The position numbers were made by a program, and so were the translations under genes. The notes below the pieces were generated by a model. That model did no database searches. It worked only from the letters and a program-made list of their open reading frames with translations, and was not told where the DNA came from. Shown piece after piece: positions 40,722 to 50,559 of a stretch of 64,000 nt of DNA; positions within the stretch are counted from its first letter, which is position 1, and each line of letters begins with the position of its first letter. The DNA is from Acidimicrobiia bacterium (GTDB lineage: Bacteria > Actinomycetota > Acidimicrobiia > Spongiisociales > ZC4RG35): contig OZ253443.1 of assembly GCA_965261135.1 (NCBI GenBank), forward strand, positions 1,424,521 to 1,488,520, read 5' to 3'.

Positions 40722-42450
40722 TGGGCACCTCTCCCAATCGTCGCAGGGCGACTTCCATTATCTCCGCGAACACCGGGGCGGCCGCCGAACCGCCGGTCCG
40801 GAACTCCGCCCTGGCGGGACTGTCGATCACCACCATCACCACCACCTCGGGGTCGTCAATGGGAGCCATCCCGACAAAGGAGGCGATGTTGAGTTCCTCG
40901 TCGTATCCGTCAAAGCCCAGCTTGGAGGAGGTGCCGGTCTTGCCTCCCACATCGAATCCCGCCACCGCCGCCGCCTGACCGGTTCCCCTGCTCACCGTAT
41001 CGGCCAGCAGCAAACGCATAATCCGGGCCGTCTCGGCGTCGATCACTCGCCGCCGGACAATCTCGGTCACCGGATGGGTTTCGTCCTCGGTCACCAGGGC
41101 CTTGACCAAGTGTGGCTGTGTCCAGACTCCACCGTTGGCCACCGCCCCGAAGACGGCCGCCATCTGGATGGGAGTAGCCGCCACCGAATAGCCGATCGCC
41201 GCCGAGGCGAGACAGGTGCTACAGGAGGGATCGAGGTTGATGAGACCCTTCGCCTCGCCGGAGAAGTCGATGCCGGTGGGACTGCCCAGGCCGAACTCCT
41301 GTATGTAGTTTTCCAGAACCCCCCGCGCCAGCTTTTCCTGCACCAGGATGGTTCCCACATTGGAGGAGTGCACGAAGATGTCGGCCACGGTCATATCCGT
41401 GGGCTCGTTGAAGGAGAAATTCCGATAACACCCGTAGATCTCGTCATCGGGGTCCTCACAGGCGTCCGGAAAGATTTCGATCTGGTAGGGGACCTCTTCG
41501 ATCAGGTCCGAAGCCCTCCAAGTTCCCGTGTCCAGCGCGGCGGCGATGGTCACTGTCTTTTGGATGGAACCGGGCTCGTAGAGGCCCCGAATGGCGAAAT
41601 TGGAGAACGCCGACCCGTCCTCTGAAGCTCTCGTCTCGGGGTCGAAGGCGGGCACCCCGCCCAGCGCCAGCACCTCCCCCGTCTTGACTTCCAGGGCCAC
41701 CGCCCAACACTGCTCGGCCCCGGTGCGGGCCACTCCGTCCCGACAGGCCTTCATGAGGCTGTACTGCAGCAACAGATCCAGGGTGGTGATGAGGTCCGAA
41801 CCCCGGACGGCTTCGGTTATCTCGCTCTGTCCGGTGGGTATCTGGCGGCCTTTCACATCCTGTTCCATCACCAGCCGCCCCGGCTTTCCTCCCAGTTCTT
41901 CCTGATATCGAAATTCCAGTCCCTCGATACCCATCCCGTCCACATTCACCATTCCCAGCACATGGGAGGCGACCGACGACGGGTAGATGCGTTTGGACTC
42001 GGGCTCGCTGTAGACACCCGCATACCCCAGGTTGAGAATCTCTTCGACGACGTCCACCTCCAGCTGGCGCTTGATGTAGACGAAATCCTTTCCCGAGCGG
42101 AGATCCGCGATCAGCCGGTCGATGTCCGCTCCCACTCTTGCTCCCACCTGCTGGGCTATCAACACCGGATCGTCGATCTCCGAAGGTACCGCAAAGAGGC
42201 TGGCGCCCAGCACGGTCAGAGCCAGAGCCTCTCCGTTGCGGTCGAATATCTCCCCCCGCTCGGGCAGCACCTCGCGGATGGAGAGGCGCTGTCGCAACCC
42301 GCGCGCTGCGTACCCGTCATCTTCCACTACCTGGACGGTGTACATCTTGAACGCCAAGGCCAGCCATGCCAAAACCAACAGCCCACCCACTAAGGACAGC
42401 CGTTTGGCGACCAATCTGGGGGCGGGTGCGGGTGCGGATTCATTTTCCAC
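40705..42450 (-). CDS. ftsI: Penicillin-binding protein (FtsI-type class B transpeptidase)
   Basis: N-terminal TM segment, PBP dimer domain, and transpeptidase motifs (S.GS..K...A, KTGT). Confidence 0.9.
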   Translation of the reverse strand: MENESAPAPAPRLVAKRLSLVGGLLVLAWLALAFKMYTVQVVEDDGYAARGLRQRLSIREVLPERGEIFDRNGEALALTVLGASLFAVPSEIDDPVLIAQQVGARVGADIDRLIADLRSGKDFVYIKRQLEVDVVEEILNLGYAGVYSEPESKRIYPSSVASHVLGMVNVDGMGIEGLEFRYQEELGGKPGRLVMEQDVKGRQIPTGQSEITEAVRGSDLITTLDLLLQYSLMKACRDGVARTGAEQCWAVALEVKTGEVLALGGVPAFDPETRASEDGSAFSNFAIRGLYEPGSIQKTVTIAAALDTGTWRASDLIEEVPYQIEIFPDACEDPDDEIYGCYRNFSFNEPTDMTVADIFVHSSNVGTILVQEKLARGVLENYIQEFGLGSPTGIDFSGEAKGLINLDPSCSTCLASAAIGYSVAATPIQMAAVFGAVANGGVWTQPHLVKALVTEDETHPVTEIVRRRVIDAETARIMRLLLADTVSRGTGQAAAVAGFDVGGKTGTSSKLGFDGYDEELNIASFVGMAPIDDPEVVVMVVIDSPARAEFRTGGSAAAPVFAEIMEVALRRLGEVPSEPSS

Positions 42451-42453
42451 TTT

Positions 42454-42840
42454 TCATCCGGGCGGGTCGAAACCCGGTTTTCTCGGGGCCACTCCCGGCA
42501 CCTGGATGTGCATCACCTCATCGGGATAGAACAGTCCCAACGGCTCAGCAAGCGAAGCTATCCGGTCGGGATTCTCCAATCGGGCGACCTCCAGACGGAG
42601 CAAACGGTTCTGAATGGTCTCCTGTTCAATCCGGTTCTGCAGATCGGCCAACTGGAAAGCCCCCTCGTCCAAGAGGGTGCGGCTCCACACCATCCCCAGA
42701 AAGGTGAGGACCACCAACAGCACGAATGCCGCCAGCGTCAAGAGCGAGGGGCCTCGGCGCGACGAAGCGGTTCCGGCCGAGATCAGCCGCAGCGAAAAAC
42801 GATTGCCCGAGGGGCCCGAGGGTGCGGGGTGGGTGGTCAT
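42454..42840 (-). CDS. ftsL: FtsL-like septum formation initiator (small bitopic protein)
   Basis: 128 aa with a single TM segment followed by coiled coil (QLADLQNRIEQETIQNRLLRLEVARL); lies between rsmH and ftsI. Confidence 0.6.
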   Translation of the reverse strand: MTTHPAPSGPSGNRFSLRLISAGTASSRRGPSLLTLAAFVLLVVLTFLGMVWSRTLLDEGAFQLADLQNRIEQETIQNRLLRLEVARLENPDRIASLAEPLGLFYPDEVMHIQVPGVAPRKPGFDPPG

Positions 42841-43754
42841 GCAACAAGCTTCTCCACTGCCCGCAACCGGGCAGAACGCGCCCGGTGGTTGCGCTCTGTT
42901 TCATCAGCTTGGGGACGGGCCGCTCCCCGGACCAGGGTCCGCAGCCCGGCGGTGAGACCACAGCCGCACACCGGCAGGTCGGGCGGGCAGACACAATCTT
43001 TGGTTCCCCGGGCGAATCTCTGTTTGACAATGCGGTCCTCCAGGGAGTGATAGGAGATGGCGACACAGCGCCCTTTCGCTTCCAGATGCCCAAGAGCGGC
43101 CTCCAGCCCGGCACTCACCGCCTCCAACTCCTGGTTGACCGCCATGCGGATGGCCTGGAAGGTGCGCCGGGCGGGGTGTCTTTTGCGACGCAGAGCGGCG
43201 GGGACCGCCTCGGCTATCACCGCGGCAAGGGACACTGTGTCAACCAGGGGACGGGCGGCCACTATCGCCCGGGCGATGCGGCGGGCCGAAGGCTCCTCGC
43301 CGAAGTCTGCCATGATCCGGGCCAGGCGCGGCTCCTCCCAGGTGTTCACCACTTCGTCAGCAGTCACAGCCGAACGGCGGTCCATTCTCATGTCGAGCGG
43401 TCCGCTCCGGTGATAGGAAAACCCTCGCTCAGGGTGATCCAGTTGATCCGAGGAAAGACCGAAATCGAACAGGACGCCGGTGAGGTCATCCACACCGGCG
43501 GCGGCCAGCAGTCGGCCGAGGTCGGCAAAATTGCCCAAAATGAAATCAAACCCCAGGTCGGCGGCTCTTTCACCGACCGACGGATCTCGGTCAACTCCCA
43601 TAATTCTTACTTGAGGTGCGATCAACTGCCGCAAACGCAGACTGTGACCGCCTCCGCCAAAAGTGGCATCCACCAGCGTTCCTTTTTGGATGGGCTTGAA
43701 AAGTTCGCACACAAGATCGGCCATGACCGGCTCGTGCCTGGAACCATGGCTCAT
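42837..43754 (-). CDS. rsmH: 16S rRNA (cytosine1402-N4)-methyltransferase
   Basis: Starts HEPVMADLVCELF..., contains DATFGGGGHS and the SAM-MTase fold. Confidence 0.9.
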   Translation of the reverse strand: MSHGSRHEPVMADLVCELFKPIQKGTLVDATFGGGGHSLRLRQLIAPQVRIMGVDRDPSVGERAADLGFDFILGNFADLGRLLAAAGVDDLTGVLFDFGLSSDQLDHPERGFSYHRSGPLDMRMDRRSAVTADEVVNTWEEPRLARIMADFGEEPSARRIARAIVAARPLVDTVSLAAVIAEAVPAALRRKRHPARRTFQAIRMAVNQELEAVSAGLEAALGHLEAKGRCVAISYHSLEDRIVKQRFARGTKDCVCPPDLPVCGCGLTAGLRTLVRGAARPQADETERNHRARSARLRAVEKLVA

Positions 43755-43874
43755 AGCCGGCCCCCCGAAGATCGGCGCCTAATGGAAGCGGGCGGATTGG
43801 GGCCTTCTTTAGCTCCAGGGAGCCGGCTATGAGCCACAGTCGTTGGGTCGTGTGTCATTCCAGGTTGGAAGTCT

Positions 43875-44300
43875 TCACCTCTCTTCGTGGCCTGGGGAGG
43901 GGACTGCGACCTCTTCCAGATGGCTTCCGAAGGCCGAGGCGCTCCAAACTTCGATCTCGTCATCCACTCCCACCACCACTACTTCTCCCCCACCTTCGAT
44001 TCCGGCGTACTCCCGAAGTTCGGGGGTGACCATGAGACGTCCCTGTCCGTCCATGGACTGCTGGTCGGCCGCGCCGAAGAACATCAGCCGTCGGAACTTT
44101 CTTCCGGCGGGGGTCTCACGGCTGTAGCTGTCCCGCACCTCCATTGCCCGCTGATTCCATCCGTCCTGGGAATAGATCACCAGGTGCCCGTCCTGGCCCT
44201 TGGTGACCACACAGGAGGGGGCCAGCTCATAACGGAAGTGCTTGGGCAGCACCAATCGGCCTTTCTTGTCGATTGTGCGTCTGGTGGTTCCTAGAAACAT
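43875..44300 (-). CDS. mraZ: Transcriptional regulator MraZ
   Basis: Duplicated MraZ repeats (FLGTTRRTIDKKGRLVLP ... DGQGRLMVTPELRE). Confidence 0.9.
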   Translation of the reverse strand: MFLGTTRRTIDKKGRLVLPKHFRYELAPSCVVTKGQDGHLVIYSQDGWNQRAMEVRDSYSRETPAGRKFRRLMFFGAADQQSMDGQGRLMVTPELREYAGIEGGGEVVVVGVDDEIEVWSASAFGSHLEEVAVPSPGHEER

Positions 44301-44747
44301 CCCGGCCTCGGTGCGGTGTATCGGTCAACTGGTTTTGTCTATGTTAGACGGCTTTTCCATTCTATGCCACAATTCTCTACAAATAGTATCTTTTCCCCCA
44401 CTTTACTCCACAGCTTTCCCGGCTGCTAACCATCTCACTCCCCGCGGTGCCCCGAAGTTTCCCCTCCGCCCCCACACCAGGAAGAAACCCGCCTATCAGG
44501 GTCAGCCCCGGGACTCCCCCCCTGGACTCGCGAAAACAGTGCCCATCCCGCGAAAAACAGCGGGATACTTTTTCCCCGTCAGGGCCCACCCCCGCCACCA
44601 CCTCGCCGTCGGTACAAACGCGTTCCACCGGTCCCCCGAAGGAGGCGTTTTGAGAAAATATGATCTCTTGGCGCGGCCCGAACGACGCGTCGGAGCGGGC
44701 CGTGAAGATGCTTTCGACTATCTACCAATTTGAAGTGCGGGTGAGAC

Positions 44748-44779
44748 AAAAGTCAACCCCGGGCGCCCGGGGTTTTTCG
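44748..44779. terminator. Perfect 16-nt GC palindrome (ccccgggcgcccgggg) followed by TTTTT; candidate bidirectional intrinsic terminator ~30 nt after the HNH gene
   Basis: Seen directly at 44757-44777. On the minus strand the stem is followed by a moderately U-rich run (uugacuuuug). Confidence 0.5.
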
Positions 44780-44803
44780 CGATCCGCCCTCTTCAGCCCG
44801 AAG

Positions 44804-45316
44804 CTAAGCGGAGTCGGCCAGGTACGGCCGCCAGGAAGGGTCTACCCAAAAACCGGAACTGGTGTAAATCCACCCGAAACGCCACGGAGACCGGGGAGAT
44901 CGCCGAAGCGCGATTCCCGCCTCGATGGGAAGACGGTTTCCTTTCTTGATGTTGCATCGACGGCAACATGCCACCACATTGTCCCAAGTATGAGGACCGC
45001 CTCGGGAGCGGGGCACCACATGGTCAAGACTCTCCGCGGTGGCCCCGCAGTACTGGCACAGGTTGCCGTCACGCCCGAAAACCGCCCGCCGGGTGAGGGG
45101 AACCGAGCGGCGGAAAGGCACTTTCACATAGTATTTCAGCCGAACCACCGAGGGGACCACAAAGCTATCCTGAGCCGAACGCCAAATCTCCTCCCGCTCC
45201 TCAACCACCGTCGCCCGGTCCCGCCATACCAACACCAGGGCGCGACGGGAACTCACCACCGAAAGCGGCTCATATGTGGCGTTGAGGACAAGCGCTTTGG
45301 TCACTATCTCTGCCAT
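44804..45316 (-). CDS. Small HNH endonuclease (McrA-like)
   Basis: CQYCG...LDHVVPRSRGGPHTWDNVVACCRRCNIKKG. Confidence 0.8.
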   Translation of the reverse strand: MAEIVTKALVLNATYEPLSVVSSRRALVLVWRDRATVVEEREEIWRSAQDSFVVPSVVRLKYYVKVPFRRSVPLTRRAVFGRDGNLCQYCGATAESLDHVVPRSRGGPHTWDNVVACCRRCNIKKGNRLPIEAGIALRRSPRSPWRFGWIYTSSGFWVDPSWRPYLADSA

Positions 45317-45392
45317 CCGATGCCAGACTAGACGGCCACAACTCCCACCGCGGCATCATTTTGCCAGGTGGACGTGAGATAAGAAGTGGCGG

Positions 45393-45905
45393 TCAGCCTC
45401 CCGCTGCCCAAAAGGGGTTGTCCCGGAAGTCGTCGACCACCCGCCCGAGCATGGTGCGGAAATCCGCTCGGTTGAACTCGAAGCGAGAGAGGTCGTCCTC
45501 CACCTCATCCACCACCTTCCCCATCACCTCCACGAAGACGAACTGCCCGTTGGCAAGAGTGTCCATAATCATCCTGCTCTCGGGATGGGGAGCGAGAATG
45601 GTGGTCGAATAGGGATCGGAGAACAGCCCGGCCTGAGCCAGATGCTGGTCCAAGCGGCCTTCACGACGCAGATATTTCCAGGCCCGCTGGATTCTCTGGA
45701 GTGACAGGCCGTTGTCAATCAGGCTCTTGATTACCCGCAGCGCCACCAGGTCCTGGAGGTTAAAGATCCTTCGGACGCCCGGACGACCCCCCGTGCCCTT
45801 GATCGAGGGCTTCACCAGACCAACCCGATCCCAATACCTAATTTGGTTATAGCTGCAGCCAGTGAACCTCATCGCTTCTGACGAAGTAAATCCAACTTCT
45901 GGCAT
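45393..45905 (-). CDS. MerR-family HTH transcriptional regulator
   Basis: N-terminal FTSSEAMRFTGCSYNQIRYWDRVGLVKP, a MerR-type HTH. Confidence 0.7.
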   Translation of the reverse strand: MPEVGFTSSEAMRFTGCSYNQIRYWDRVGLVKPSIKGTGGRPGVRRIFNLQDLVALRVIKSLIDNGLSLQRIQRAWKYLRREGRLDQHLAQAGLFSDPYSTTILAPHPESRMIMDTLANGQFVFVEVMGKVVDEVEDDLSRFEFNRADFRTMLGRVVDDFRDNPFWAAGG

Positions 45906-45938
45906 AACTCCAATCCGCCTATTCGGCTCAGGACCCGC

Positions 45939-46319
45939 CTAGCGGGGCCAGGAGCCGAATCCGTTTGCTTTCGTGTCGCTCCCTCCCTGGACGCCCTTCC
46001 GCTGAAGCTTCGTCCGCGCCCGCAGACCTTGTACCAAAAAGGTAGCCGCTATCACCATAACAACAAAGCCCGTGAGCGCCACCAGTAAACGGGACGTAAA
46101 AAACACGAGAACCACAAGAATTCCTGCCACCAGGAACCCCATGGGAATCGTCAGGGCAACCCTACTTGAGTAGAGGGGGGATTCCTCGTCTGTCTGAGCC
46201 ACTTCTTCCTCATAGAACTGGCTCTCGATCTCTTCAAGAATCCGTTGCTCTTCTTCGTTCAACGGCACTTCAGCCCACGCCTCCGGATAGTCCGCTTCCG
46301 GTCTCCAGTATATGTTCAT
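45939..46319 (-). CDS. DUF3040 family membrane protein
   Basis: LNEEEQRILEEIESQF then two TM helices; DUF3040 is the conserved neighbour upstream of mraZ in actinobacteria. Confidence 0.7.
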   Translation of the reverse strand: MNIYWRPEADYPEAWAEVPLNEEEQRILEEIESQFYEEEVAQTDEESPLYSSRVALTIPMGFLVAGILVVLVFFTSRLLVALTGFVVMVIAATFLVQGLRARTKLQRKGVQGGSDTKANGFGSWPR

Positions 46320-46330
46320 CCAAAGGAAAA

Positions 46331-47551
46331 TTATCCGTCATCGGGGGTACTTTTCGAATGTGAATGTTTCGCCCAAGGGCTCCGGGTGATGCGGGCCGGC
46401 AGCACCGCCTCGAATCCGAACCGGCGCCGGAGCCGGAAAATCTCCTCTTCCAAAGACTCCCATCGTTTCTCGCCGCCCAGGTCCAGTTGCGGATGCGCTT
46501 GTCCGTAGCTCAACCCCCCGGCCGCGATACCCAACAGCCGCACCGCCTTCCCCTCCAGCCCGGCCCGGTCAACCAGTTCCATCACCTGCCGGTAGATGTC
46601 GATCGCCAACCTGGTGGGCACCCCTCTGGTATGAGAGCGAGTGATAGTGGTGAAGTCACTAAACCTCACCTTGAGAGTTATATTGGAGGCCCAAGCCTGG
46701 GCATTTTGCAGGCGAACAGCCAGTCGCTCGGCCTGTTCGCGCAGCTTCATTTCAATTTCTGATTGAGACCGGAGATCGGTTTCGAAAGTGTTCTCCACCG
46801 ATAACGACACTCCCACCGGGTCAGTGACAATGGGGCGTTCGTCGATGCCGCGCGCCAGTTTTCCCAGATGTTCCGCCGCGGCTTTTCCCACCACCGGCCT
46901 GAGACTCTCCACCGGAAGGGCCGCCAAATCCCCGACCGTGCGAATTCCCAGCCGATGAAGTCGATCTCCGGTCGCCTTCCCCACTCCCCACAATTTCCGG
47001 ACCGCCAGCGCGTGGAGAAACCCCAGGCTCTCTGGAGCGGGAACCCGCAATATCCCATCCGGCTTGGCCTCCTCGGAAGCCAGTTTGGCCAAGGTCTTGT
47101 TGACCGCGATCCCCACCGACGCCCGGAGCCCGAGCCGGCGGCGGACTTGTTCCCGCAACGCCGACCCCACCTCCGTCACCCGCCGATAGTGGTGACGAAG
47201 ACCCGAGACATCCAAGAACGCCTCGTCCACCGACAACTTCTCCACCCGGGGCGTGAAAGACAAAAACACTGCAAACACCTCTTCGGAGGCCTCTCCGTAT
47301 AAGGAATGGTCGGGAGGAACCACCACCAACTGTGGGCAAAGAGCCCGGGCTTGGGTCATGGGCATCGCCGAGCCGACCCCGAAGCGTCTTGCCTCATAAG
47401 AAGCGGAGGCCACCACGCCCCGGCGCCCGCTTCCTCCCACCGCCACCGCCAAATCCACCAGCTTCGGGTTCCGGCGGCGCTCCACCTCCACAAAAAAGGC
47501 GTCCATGTCCACATGGAGAATCGGTTCCCGAAAATGCGGCGCGGCCACCAT
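46331..47551 (-). CDS. dinB: DNA polymerase IV (Y-family translesion polymerase)
   Basis: ILHVDMDAFFVEVE..., SVDEAFLDV and (HhH)2 motifs. The start is taken at the internal Met. Confidence 0.9.
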   Translation of the reverse strand: MVAAPHFREPILHVDMDAFFVEVERRRNPKLVDLAVAVGGSGRRGVVASASYEARRFGVGSAMPMTQARALCPQLVVVPPDHSLYGEASEEVFAVFLSFTPRVEKLSVDEAFLDVSGLRHHYRRVTEVGSALREQVRRRLGLRASVGIAVNKTLAKLASEEAKPDGILRVPAPESLGFLHALAVRKLWGVGKATGDRLHRLGIRTVGDLAALPVESLRPVVGKAAAEHLGKLARGIDERPIVTDPVGVSLSVENTFETDLRSQSEIEMKLREQAERLAVRLQNAQAWASNITLKVRFSDFTTITRSHTRGVPTRLAIDIYRQVMELVDRAGLEGKAVRLLGIAAGGLSYGQAHPQLDLGGEKRWESLEEEIFRLRRRFGFEAVLPARITRSPWAKHSHSKSTPDDG

Positions 47552-47581
47552 CACCACAGTACCTAATAGGCTGGGCCGAAC

Positions 47582-48184
47582 ATGGCAGATTTGGTCCATC
47601 TGGTGCGCCACGGCGAAGTTCACAATCCAAGAGAGGTGGTGTACGCCTCGCTTCCCGGGTTTCATCTGAGCAGGCGCGGGCGCCGCCAAACCGGAGAGGC
47701 CGGACGCTATCTGGCCGACCGACCCCTCGGATCGGTGTGGTCATCGCCGCTTCAGCGGGCCCGGGAGACGGCGACCAACCTGGCCGCTCCCCACCACCTG
47801 GAGGTGAATGTCCTCCCAGAACTCGGGGAATGGAAGCTGTTGGACCGATGGGCCGGGCATCCCTGGGGCCGGATCACCGAGCTCTTCCCCGGAGAGATGG
47901 AAGCCTATCTGTCCGACCCCCAGAACCTTTCTTTCGCCACCGAGAGCCTCGGGCAACTGGCCGAAAGAATGGCCAAGGCCATTGTAGAGGTGACGGGGAC
48001 CACCGCCGATGGAGAGGTGGTGGTGGTCGGCCACCAGGACCCCATCCAGGCTGTGCGCCTCGCTCTCACCGGCCGGCCGCTCGACCGGTTGTTCCGGGAC
48101 AAGCCCCGGCACTGCTCGGTGATCACCCTCCGTCCCGGAACTCCCTGGAAAGAGCTCGGGACGTGGGATCCACCTAACCGATAA
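47582..48184 (+). CDS. Histidine phosphatase (phosphoglycerate mutase-like) family protein
   Basis: Starts [13 protein letters not shown] (RHG motif), contains [11 protein letters not shown] and a C-terminal VVGHQD. Confidence 0.8.
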   Translation: MADLVHLVRHGEVHNPREVVYASLPGFHLSRRGRRQTGEAGRYLADRPLGSVWSSPLQRARETATNLAAPHHLEVNVLPELGEWKLLDRWAGHPWGRITELFPGEMEAYLSDPQNLSFATESLGQLAERMAKAIVEVTGTTADGEVVVVGHQDPIQAVRLALTGRPLDRLFRDKPRHCSVITLRPGTPWKELGTWDPPNR

Positions 48185-50237
48185 ACGCGTCTGCGAAGAT
48201 CAGGGAGACGATGGTCATCACCTTGATCACGATGTTCATCGCAGGTCCCGAGGTGTCCTTGAAAGGATCGCCCACCGTGTCGCCGATCACCGCCGCCTTG
48301 TGGGCGTCGGAGCCCTTGCCGCCCAACTCTCCCGACTCGATGTACTTTTTGGCGTTGTCCCATGCCCCACCGGCGTTGGCCATGTAGATGGCAAGGAGGA
48401 AGCCCGTAACCAGCGCTCCCGCCAAAAAGCCCCCCAAGGCCGCGGTGTTGATGAAACCAATCACCAGCGGCAACGCCACCGCCAGCACCCCGGGGAGAAC
48501 CATCTCCCGCAGCGCCCCACCGGTGGCGATATCCACACAGCGGGCGTACTCGGGCCGAGCTTCGGGACGTCCCTCTCTCAACCCGGGGATCTCCCGAAAC
48601 TGGCGCCGCACCTCTTCGATCATGGTGAACGCCGCCCGCCCCACCGCTGCGATCGTCAAAGCTGCGAACAGGAAGGGGAACATGCCTCCCAAGAACAGCC
48701 CGATGATCACCTCCACGTCGACGATGTTGATCACATCCAAATCCACGGCTTCGGTGAAAGTGGCGAACAGCGCCAAAGCGGTGACCGCCGCCGATGCGAT
48801 CGCGAATCCTTTGGCCACCGCCGCAGTGGTGTTCCCCAGCGAATCGAGCGCGTCGGTCGTCTCCCGGACTTCGGGAGGAAGATGCGCCATCTCGGCAATT
48901 CCGCCGGCGTTGTCGGCGATCGGCCCGTACGCATCCACCGCGATGGTGATTCCCAGAGTGGCCAGCACTCCGATGGCTGCCACCGCCACTCCGTAGATTC
49001 CGCCCACATCACCCAGCGCCCACTCCCCCGCCGTATAGGCCCCTCCGATTCCGGCCGCCACCACCAGCACCGAGTAAGCAGCCGACTTCTTCCCTATCGC
49101 CACTCCGGCCAGCACCACGGTGGCCGGGCCGGTCTCCGCCTGTTTGGCGATGTGTCGCACCGCCCGGTAGTGGTCGGAGGTGTAGATCTCGGAGATCTTT
49201 CCGATCACATATCCCACCGCCAGTCCGATCACCACCGCCAGCCACAGACCGAGAGGCTGAACCTCGGAGTTGTCTCCAAATATCCAGTAGGAGATGCCCA
49301 GAATCCCCAACGCCGCCAGGATCATGGAGGTGTTGGTTCCCCGATGAAGCGCCGAGGCCAGATCGGAGGCGCTGCGTGGCTTGACGAAGAACGAGCCGAT
49401 GATGGAGGCCAACATTCCAACCGTCCCCACCGCCAGCGGAAACACGATTGCCTCCAACTGATAGGAGGCGTTGGCGAATGCCAATGCGGCGAAGGCAATC
49501 GGGGCGACCAGAGAGCCCACGTAGGATTCGAAGAGATCGGCGCCCATCCCCGCCACATCGCCGACGTTATCTCCCACGTTGTCAGCGATCACCGCCGGAT
49601 TGCGGGGATCGTCCTCGGGTATCCCCGCCTCCACCTTTCCCACCAGGTCGGCGCCGATATCGGCCGCCTTGGTGTAAATACCTCCTCCCACCCGGGCGAA
49701 GAGCGCGATCGACGACCCTCCCAGTCCGATAGCCGCCACTATCTGCACTCCCCTGGCCATTTCCAGCCCTGCCGCTTCAACGAACACCATGTAGCCGAGC
49801 GTCACTCCGGCCAACCCCAAGCCGGCCACGGTGAAACCCATCACCGCCCCGCCTCGGAAAGCGAGCGGCAGAGCCCGCTGCACGCCTCCCAACCGGGCCG
49901 CCTCGGCAGTGCGGGAATTGGCGGCGGTGGCCACCCTCATCCCCACAAAGCCGGCAGTGCCGGACAGCACCGCCCCGAACAGATAAGCAACCGCCCGTAA
50001 CCAACCGTCGTCGAGCACCAGGCCGATCAGTAAGAACATCGCCGCCACGAAGACCGCCATCCACCGATACTCCCGCCGAAGGAACGCCATCGCTCCTTCC
50101 CGGATGGCTTCGGAGATCTCTTTCATCCGCTCGTTCCCCATGGGAGCGGCCAACACCTGACAGGTGAACCACATCGCCAACACCAATGCTGCCAGGCCCA
50201 AAACCAGGGCGGTGATCAAGAAAAATGACTGATCCAT
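48174..50237 (-). CDS. hppA: Membrane-bound proton-translocating inorganic pyrophosphatase
   Basis: 687 aa, ~16 TMS, with H+-PPase signatures ([40 protein letters not shown]). Confidence 0.9.
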   Translation of the reverse strand: MDQSFFLITALVLGLAALVLAMWFTCQVLAAPMGNERMKEISEAIREGAMAFLRREYRWMAVFVAAMFLLIGLVLDDGWLRAVAYLFGAVLSGTAGFVGMRVATAANSRTAEAARLGGVQRALPLAFRGGAVMGFTVAGLGLAGVTLGYMVFVEAAGLEMARGVQIVAAIGLGGSSIALFARVGGGIYTKAADIGADLVGKVEAGIPEDDPRNPAVIADNVGDNVGDVAGMGADLFESYVGSLVAPIAFAALAFANASYQLEAIVFPLAVGTVGMLASIIGSFFVKPRSASDLASALHRGTNTSMILAALGILGISYWIFGDNSEVQPLGLWLAVVIGLAVGYVIGKISEIYTSDHYRAVRHIAKQAETGPATVVLAGVAIGKKSAAYSVLVVAAGIGGAYTAGEWALGDVGGIYGVAVAAIGVLATLGITIAVDAYGPIADNAGGIAEMAHLPPEVRETTDALDSLGNTTAAVAKGFAIASAAVTALALFATFTEAVDLDVINIVDVEVIIGLFLGGMFPFLFAALTIAAVGRAAFTMIEEVRRQFREIPGLREGRPEARPEYARCVDIATGGALREMVLPGVLAVALPLVIGFINTAALGGFLAGALVTGFLLAIYMANAGGAWDNAKKYIESGELGGKGSDAHKAAVIGDTVGDPFKDTSGPAMNIVIKVMTIVSLIFADAFIG

Positions 50238-50445
50238 AGGGGGAATACCTCTCCTCGGGGAATCGAAGGTCTGCTTTGCGCGCCATCCGCCAGTTTAGGA
50301 AAGAGGACGGCTCCGGCATCCCCTTCACAAATCCCCCATCCGATTTGCTTCTTTAACACCCAAACATGAAAGGTCTTGCCCGCTCCCATGGAAAAACGAA
50401 TGATCGAGCGGACGGTCCTGCGGTGGGTTGTCTTGCAGATCAAGT

Positions 50446-50498
50446 GGTGGTAGCGCTCTCGGCGGTACCCGCGCTCGCGTCGGCGCAAAACTACCACC
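50446..50498. other. GC-rich stem-loop (8-bp outer stem ggtggtag/ctaccacc enclosing nested gcgc palindromes), ~60 nt after the polX stop
   Basis: Inverted repeat seen in sequence. Possible polX terminator, or a leader element of hppA, which starts at 50237 on the same strand. Confidence 0.3.
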
Positions 50499-50559
50499 AA
50501 ACTTCTGTTGTGAGCGACACCAAATCACTAGTGAAATGTATGGCCGCTCGCTGCTGGAT

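Noticed and set aside
44660-45331. 223-aa + strand ORF across the mraZ leader and the HNH gene
   Set aside because: It runs antisense through the HNH endonuclease gene, starts in a non-coding leader, and shows no similarity to any family.
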